Assembly (NCBI RefSeq): GCF_009914755.1
Contig: NC_060927.1
Strand: one strand, 5' to 3'
From: the human T2T-CHM13v2.0 reference genome, Homo sapiens
Length of the DNA stretch: 64,000 nt
Positions 55,716-64,000 of this stretch are shown here, piece by piece. The position numbers were made by a program, and so were the translations under genes. How positions within the stretch are numbered: the first letter of the stretch is position 1; each line of letters opens with the position of its first letter. A model generated the notes under the pieces. The model had not been told where the DNA came from, did no database searches, and saw nothing but the letters and a program-made list of their open reading frames with translations.

Positions 55716-56139
55716 TATAAAGCCCTTTTTTTTTAAGTCCTTCTTATATTTTTACGTAATTGAGACTTGCACGAAGATTCTTAGCTTTTTACTCTGAAAA
55801 AGTATTGACTTCCATTTTTAATAACTTTGTAATCAGAGCTTACAAGTTCACTTCTGATTGTCTTTAAAGAAAAATTATCTTGTTGTATCTTCAAAAATAT
55901 ATAGATTGGCTGCTCAACTCAGGTGCACATTTTGTGTTATACATGGCAAGAAACTACTTAATAGGGTGAGTATTCCTAACTGTTGCAAACTATCTGATAG
56001 TACTGTTTGTAATTTATTTCAGTGGTTGTATTTCTAGGACAGGGATGATATATTTGGATATAAAACCCAAGTTGGATTCCTCTAATCACTATACTATACA
56101 TGCAATGTGATTGGATCTCTAATTCAGAATTGTAAGATA

Positions 56140-56285
56140 CTGTGTGTGTATTCATATATGTATATATACACATAAGGTATGCATAATACATGTATATGTG
56201 TATGTTTATGTATGTGTGTATATGTGTATATATGCGCACAAATACTCATATAAATACTCATATAAATGTGAATATATACATATAT
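56140..56285. repeat. Degenerate (TA/TG)n simple repeat
   Basis: Largely alternating purine-pyrimidine tract. Confidence 0.8.
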
Positions 56286-56554
56286 TAAAAATGAAAACAA
56301 TTTGGGACTTAAAAAGCAGATGTTATTTTAGGAAAGACTTAGTTCTTTTTTTTTTTCCCAAGCTATTTCCCATTAGTCTGTTTTCACTTGTTTGTTTAGG
56401 CCTGGGAAAGTCAACGTGAGGTGGCGCTTAAGAACTTCAAGGTCTAGATCATACAAATCCATGTCTTTTGATCCCTAATGCCTAGTCCAGTTATAAACAC
56501 ACTTTGAACAGTGATGAATGGATATATGAATGAATGAAAAACAATAGCTTAGAC

Positions 56555-56892
56555 CAGAAGTCTGCAAAGTATAACCTGCAGGACCAAATCCATCCTGCTG
56601 CCTATTTTTCTATATCCCTGGTGCTAAGAAGGGTTTTTACATTTCAAAATTGTTTTAAAAATCAAAAGGTTGGTAATATTTTATGACACATAAAAATTAT
56701 AGGAAATTCAAATTTCAGTGTCCATGAATAAAGTTTTACTAGAAAACAGCCATGCTCATTTGTTTAGGTATTTTGTGTGGTGGCTTTTATGCTGCAATGG
56801 TAGAGTTAAGTAGTTGCAACAGAGACCATATGGCCTGCAAAGTTGAAAATATTTAATATCTGACCCTTTACAGAAAGTCTATGGATGCCTCA
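56555..56892. mobile_element. MER58B-like hAT-Charlie element
   Basis: ~340 bp; aattcaaatttcagtgtcc...agtagttgcaacagagacc...ccctttacagaaa; 8-bp flanks gcttagac/gtttagaa. Confidence 0.85.
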
Positions 56893-57106
56893 GTTTAGAA
56901 AGATTAAGTGTCTTGCCCAGAGAGCTACAAAATGTAAATTATGTATCTGGAATTATCGATAGGTGTTTGAACTCCAAATTCAATGCCATTTTCTCCGTAC
57001 TTTTCTAAGCCTAGAAAATTGATTTTCGTTCTGGACCAAACATCTTGATTCCTGCTCCAGAGGTTCTTGGTGTTAGGCAGAACTGGATTTGAATCGTAAC
57101 TCTGCT

Positions 57107-57360
57107 CAGGGCTGGCTACATAACTTGTGGGGCTCAAGGCAAAAGGAAAATGCCTGGCAATGGCAAAGGACCCTTACCCCCAAGACCCCCCCGCAAACCC
57201 AACCCCACCCCCAGGGCAGACAGGATCTAAATATGGAGATGGCATATAAATACAAAACTAAAATGACTAAGAATCTCAAGACAGCAACCACAGAGCATTA
57301 AACCCCAATCGGGGGACTTTTCTGAGCCTGGTCAAAATGGTTATACTTCGATGAAGCCAG
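57107..57360. mobile_element. MER45-family hAT-Tip100 element
   Basis: cagggctggctacataacttgtggggc...taagaatctcaagac...cagagcattaaacc. Confidence 0.75.
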
Positions 57361-59044
57361 ATTACAACATAATGAAATATGATGCCGTCACAAGTTAAAG
57401 AATCTATCTGAACCCCTATTTTCATAGTGATGCCATGTAGTTGATGATATCTGTCTCAAAAACTTTAGAAGTCACAATAGACCATGCATATAAAGCAGTT
57501 AGCAATGTTCTTGGCTGATTATTTTTCAATTTCCTGTACTTCCTTCTGGTATTAAATCAAGAAGTAGCATTCCTATCGTAAAAGACTAAATGTCATTTCC
57601 GTATTTTTGAGACCAAATTCCTTTTTAGCATGAACTTCATCAATGGTTGGATCATACATTATCCTAAAGAGATGTCCAAATTACAGATAACTTGAGCCAT
57701 TATTTAGAGCCATTTTTGTTCTTTGTGAATAAGGCTTTCCCTGGGCACTTATCAGCTGTCTGTACCCTCTGGGTCTGCACATTATAAAGCAAATGAGGAA
57801 CTTTTGTTGGGGCATTTTCAGACCCTTGCATTAGCTGTAGTGTGCCAGTGCAAAGGACCCTAACTTGATAATTTTATGGTCACAAGAACTAAGCCTACAC
57901 CAAACCAACACTAAAACTACACTAAACCTATAATAATTCTAGATATTATTCTCCAGGATTCTACCCAGCAGAAAAGGAGATATCATCCATTTATTTTATT
58001 ATCTGCAAAGTGGTGAACATGTACCCACTTGGCCAGATGGATTCCATGCTAGTGTTCAGCTTCCTTCAGGGAATATTTGTGATTCTAGTCAACCAATTCA
58101 CTGATTTAGGAAAGACAATACTTCTATTCTGTTACTTTAGAGATCTGAGGTTGTCAGTAAAGTTAATGTAGTCATAAAATTACCATTAGCGAGAGAATAG
58201 TCTCATTCATTGAGATGTTGGGTTTTTTTGATATGAAAAAGGATATTTTTTCTTTTAGCTTTTGTTTTTTGTGCTAAGAGTCATATAATAATGTGTCCTA
58301 GTAAACAATAATATCTCAGAAGATTTTTTGTTTCACGTTGAGTCACACTCAATTTTTGTTTGGAAAATAATTTTAATATCCATAAGTGGTTTTTCAATTT
58401 GTTATGAATAATAGAGTCATCCAGTAAGCATTGAATAAAGGTGAAGCTACAGAATTTCTTAATGTTTTAAATTTCATTAGTTTGCAATTTATTAAAGACT
58501 AGTATTTCTTAGAATGTTGACATCTCCCATCAGATTATATTATATTCAGAATGTCCCAATCTCAGAAAAGCTCACAGCACTGAAGAGAAGCAATTCAATG
58601 ATCTTCCAGATACCTCCCTGAGGAAAAAGTTTTAAAATATATGTATCAACTCTCTCCTACATCTTCTGAAACTAAGGGTCAGAGAGTTTGGGTGAAACAT
58701 TAGAGAAAAACAAAAAACAAGATAAAATCTTGGAGCCCATTTTTTCTTTTTGTACTTCAGTATTTACTTATTCCTATCCTTAGTTCCACAATTATAAATT
58801 AATTATAACTTTTATCTTTAAGTTATTAATATAGTATCATTAAAATAAAATAATACTTTGTAGATTATGGGAAGAACATTTCATATCAGTGATATATTGT
58901 TAGTTTTTTGTGATAAGAAACATGAAATTTTTTCACAGACTTATTATGTTTGCAAAGAATTCAGAAGGACTTTTTTCCTTAACATTGTTTGCTAGTCAAT
59001 ATTAATTTCCTAAATTTCATGGATATTCATTTTCAGTACTATTA

Positions 59045-59534
59045 AATAGGCTTTTTTTTAGTTGCAATTATTATCAAACCAATTAAACAATCTTCAGTTA
59101 ATAAAGAAGAAAAGGAATTTAGCTTACATAACTGAACAAGCCAAGGAATCAGAATCTCACAGTGTCATAATTCTTTCTCCATATTCTCAGTTCTGCTTTT
59201 CTCTGTGTTCACTTTATTATGAATTATTTTTATAGAAATAAGGCAGTCGTCAACAACTCCAGGATTATATCTTACTAGTTTAACAGTGCCAACAGGACAG
59301 AGAACCTCTTTTCTTACAGTTCCAGCAAAAATCTGAAATTGAGCATCATTGTAATTATTTGAAAAGCCAACCTGAGGCAAGTTCACAATCCGGAAGCTGA
59401 ATATGTGTCCAACTTCACACAAATCACAAGGGAAAAAAATAGAAAGGATATTTCCCTCAGGAAAATCAGGGCACCATTACTCAGAGAGAGGAAACTGGAT
59501 TCTCCACAAAGGAAAACAAAAAATGTCCTCCACA
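59045..59534 (-). mobile_element. Old ERVL/MaLR LTR (LTR33-like)
   Basis: tttagttgcaa...ggaaaatcagggcaccattac...atgtcctccaca. Confidence 0.6.
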
Positions 59535-60289
59535 GTTTAACAGTAGAAATAGATGAATATACAGAATTCTAAATACATTGGATAATTTATTATTATTAAA
59601 CATATATTATATAATGTGTGACAATTTTCTAATTTTTCACCTCATATTTTCTATAGGAAATATCACATATATTTTAAGTGAAAGGTACTTAGCCCATTTT
59701 CTGGCATTAAGTGGCATTGAATGTATTACAGCTCCTCCTTGACTTTAGACAATAAAATATTATTGTTACAGTATAATTATTATTGAAAAATATTTTATCT
59801 CTTATCCATAATCAATGTGTTTCATTTCTATTTTCTTATATTTTTAGAATTTCTTATTTCTTACTCAAATGTTTTCAGAATTTATTTTGTCCACGTGGAT
59901 ACTATATGGAAATAATAACTGAGATTATGGAACAATTTCTTTCAGAACATAAAATGCTTATTTACTTTAAGTTCTCTTGAGAGAAACCAGAGTCGAATTT
60001 CAATAAAGCTACACTCATTAAATAATAAAGAAAAAGAATCTTAATGATATAATAATTGCTAATAGAAATTGACCATTAGGGAAGAAAGATTTAGTTAAGG
60101 GCTGATTATCTGGAGGAATTGATGCAGGAAGTGGCTGGTAGTCAAAATACCACTCCTACAATGTTCTATCTCCTGTCAATGGTAGAGGGACCCTACCAGT
60201 GTCAGAATAAACATTTTCTTGTTGTCCTGTATTCCACCCTTGCCAGCTACTCCAGGGACCCTAATCTACCAACTATCCCCTGCTGCCAT

Positions 60290-60520
60290 CTATCTTCAAC
60301 CTCTCTCCATAATTCTTTCTTTTCTGCTCATAATCACCACTCTGTTTTCCATCTCTATAATTTTGTCATTTTGTGAAGCTACATGAATCGAATAATATAG
60401 TATGTGAAATTTTGAGGTTTTTTTTATATTACTTAACATAATACCCTTGAGATCCATCCAAGTTATTGTATATAGCAATAATTTTTCCTTGATTGCTGTG
60501 ATTACCTTTTGTTGCATTGT
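60290..60520 (-). mobile_element. Old L1 3' fragment
   Basis: aatcaccactctgttttccatctctataattttgtcattt...ttgagatccatccaagtt. Confidence 0.65.
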
Positions 60521-60747
60521 AGCTGAAGAGTTTTACATTTAAATTGTTGCAATATCCACTCAATAATGGACTGAAATGAAAACCGATTGAACTGTGCACA
60601 TGCATTGTGAAAACAGTAGATAAGAAAACACAATTGGAATAACTACACTTTCTTCAAATCTAATGACAAAATCTAGAAGGAATGAATAGCTTCCCTAATG
60701 CTATAATCTGAGTCTGAAAACTTCCTTCCTAAAAAAAAAAAAAATTC

Positions 60748-61510
60748 TCAAATTATTTGCCCATTTTTAAGTAAGGCTGTTTCCTTGTTGTTGAGTAGTT
60801 TGAGTTTCTTGTATACTTTTGATATTAATTGCTTACCTGCTGTATAATTTGCAAATATTTTCTCCCAATCCATGAATTGTCTCTTTATTCTATTGATTGT
60901 TCTTTTTATTTATTTATTTTATTTTTATTTTTATTTTTTTTTTTTGCTGTCTAGAAGCCTTTTAGTTTGATTTAATCTTTTTATTTTCTTTTGCTTGTGC
61001 TTTGATTGCTTGTGCATTTGGGTTCATACTCAAAAAAATCATTGCCTAGATCAATGTCATGGAGCTTTTCTGTATGTTTTTTATGTTTTTTTCCAATAGT
61101 TTTACAATTTAGGTTTTATGTTTAAGTCACTAATTCATTTTGAGTTGCTCATTGTAGATAGTGTAAGATAAGGGCCTAATTTCATTCATCTGCATGTAGA
61201 TGTCCAGTTTTACCACCACCATCTACTGAAAAGACTTCCCTTTTCTCAGTTTGTATTCTTGGCAACTTTATCAAAAATGTATGGATTTACACCTGAGTTC
61301 TGTATTCTGTCCCATTGTTCTGTGTGTCTGTTTTTATGCCAGTACCATGCTGTTTTGATTATTATGGCTTTGTAATATATTTTCATGTTGGATAGTGTGA
61401 TGCTTCCTACTTCGCTCTTTTCACTCAGGATTGCTTTGATGATTTGGGGTCTTTTGTGATTGTAAGCAAATTTTAGGATATTTTCCTTTAAAAAAAGTCA
61501 TTGGAATTTT
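60748..61510 (-). mobile_element. L1M ORF2 segment (antisense)
   Basis: tgtctgtttttatgccagtaccatgctgttttgattat (reverse of the TAWYWHKNR coding region). Confidence 0.85.
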
Positions 61511-62198
61511 TTGTTTGTTTTTTTTCACTTTTAACTTTTATTTTAGAATCAGGAAGTACATGTACATGATTGTTACAAAGGTATATTGTGTGATGCTGAG
61601 GTTTGGAGTATAAATGAATCTGTCACCCAGGTAGTTAGCATAGTAACCAATAGGTAGTTTTTTTCAACTCTCCCCCATCTTGTATTCTCCAGTGTCTGTT
61701 GTTCCTATTTTTATGACCATGTGTGCCCAACGTTTAGCTCCCACTTGTAAGTGGAAACATGCAGTATTTGGTTTCCTATTTCTGTATTAGTTTGCTTAGG
61801 ATAATGGTTTCCAGCTGCATCCATGTTGCTGCAAAGGACATGATTTCATTCTTTTCCATGGCTGCATGGTATTCCATAGTGTATATCTACCACGTTTTCT
61901 TTATCTAACCTACCACCGATGGACAGATGGAAACTTAGGTTGATTCCATGCCTTCACTATTGTGATTAGCACTGTGATGAATAAATGGGTGCATATGGCT
62001 TTTTGGTAGAATGATATATTTTCCTTTGAGTGTATACCCAGTAACAGGGTTGCTGAGTCTTCTTTTCAGAAGTGTTTGTTCATGTCCTTTGTTCACTTTT
62101 TAATAGGGTTATTTCTTTTTTGCTTGTTGACTTGTTTAAGACCCTTATAGATCCTGGATATTAGACCTTTGTCAGATGCATAGTTTGTGAATATTTTC
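61511..62198 (-). mobile_element. L1PA15/16-like 3' end
   Basis: aacttttattttaga...tgatgctgaggtttgg...gtcacccaggtagt. Confidence 0.85.
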
Positions 62199-63205
62199 TA
62201 TAGAAGTCATGTAAATGGCCAACAGATATATGGAAAAATGCTCAACTGCAATTATCAGAGAAATGCAAATTAAAAATACGATGAGACATCACCTCACATC
62301 TGTAAGATTGGCTATTATAAAAAACATGAAAATAAACGTTGGTGAGAATGTGGAGAAAAGGGAAGCTTTATACTGTAGAGAAAAGGGAACACTTATACAG
62401 GGATGGTGGTATTGTAAATTAGCACAGCCATTCTGGAAAACAGTACAAAGCTTCCCACAATAATAATAATAATATTAACATATGATCCAGCAATCCCACT
62501 ACTGGAGTATACCCAAAGTACTTGAAATTAATATGCTGAAAAGATATCCACACCCCCATATTTACTGCAGCATTATTCTCAATAGCTCAATATTGTTCAT
62601 CATTAGATGAATATTTTTAAAATGTGATGTATATATGCAATAAAATATTATTCAGCTTTAAAAACACAGGAAATTCTGTCATTTGCAACAACATGGCTGA
62701 ACCTAGAGGATATTATGTTAAGTTAAATTCACCAGGCACAGAGAGACAAATACTGTATCATCTCACTTGTATGTGGAATATAAAAACATTGAACTCATAG
62801 AAGTAGAAAATAGAAAGACAGTTACCAGTGGCTCTGAAGAGAGTGTGGACGGGAAAAGGGGAGATGTTGGTCAGTGGGTACAAAGCTACTGTTAGATAAG
62901 AGACACAGTTCTGACGTTTCATTGCACAGCAAAGAAAATATAATTAATAATTTTGTATTGTTTATTTTAAAGAAAGGATTTTAAATATTCTTGGCACAGA
63001 GAAATGATAAATATTTGAGATCATACATATGCTTATTAGCCGGATTTAATCATTCTACATCATACACTCATAGCAAAACATTACACTGTACCCCATAAAT
63101 ATATAATTATTTATCAATTGTTATTTGTCAAGTATTAACAAAATTATTATATGACAAAATTATTTGTCAATTAAAAATAAAACTCTTAAAAATTTAATAA
63201 ATAAA
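62199..63205 (+). mobile_element. L1MA 3' end (sense)
   Basis: ORF 62215 [24 protein letters not shown]; taccccataaatatata...tttgtcaattaaaaataa. Confidence 0.88.
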
Positions 63206-63525
63206 AAATAGAGTCTCTTGTAAACATTAAAGCAAAACTTCTCTAGGATTTTCTTAGTCCCTGAAATTCCCATTATTAATCAATCCTTTTAATCAAATCT
63301 GGCAGCGAATATTCTTTTTTACTTACGATTGCATTATATGTTTAACAGGAACTAAAATATTAATCCATTCTCCCACTAATTGTATTAACAAATATATGAA
63401 AGTGCAAGGGGGTTGGGAACTCTAGTCAGTGGAGCAACTAGTTTAAAGAAAATGCATCGTCTATATGTTATTTGAAATTCTAGATTTCTGTGAAGCTCAA
63501 TGACCTTAAAAACTAAACTAACATA

Positions 63526-63847
<322 letters not shown>

Positions 63848-64000
63848 CTAAACTAACATAAATTTCGTCTTTTGAAGATTTCCCAAGAGCTTCTGCTTAG
63901 ACTTCACTCCTAGTAACGTTTTTCCCCTCTCTTCCTGAAATTAAAAGTTGATTAGATTGGAAAAGAATTTCTTCATTCCCATTAAGGTTACATTGTATAC

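Overview
Human genomic DNA: an AluYa5 with all five diagnostic positions sits at ~42.1 kb. The window is AT-rich and dense in interspersed repeats. One CpG-island promoter (~14.3-15.5 kb) carries a probable non-coding first exon on the + strand ending at a GGG|GTGAGT donor (14752/14753). The remaining ~49 kb looks like a long first intron. I found no protein-coding exon and cannot name the gene. The long ORFs I could assign derive from L1, Alu, THE1, low-complexity or GC-rich sequence; the rest are short with no recognisable product. Repeats include nested L1s, about 12 Alu/FLAM copies, a full-length THE1D inserted in MER63A, a MER4-type solo LTR, and several DNA-transposon fossils. Subfamily names are from recalled consensus sequences, not a search. 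I cannot support a new biological system here. The best second-look items are: a templated-insertion repair scar in an L1; two retrotransposons sharing one target site; a 382-nt pure pyrimidine tract with higher-order structure; a Kozak-context TTG and a 4-tier G-quadruplex around exon 1; a candidate 117-nt cassette exon; a possible hAT transposase fossil next to a TIR-bounded MITE; a closely spaced inverted Alu pair; and a probable twin-primed L1.
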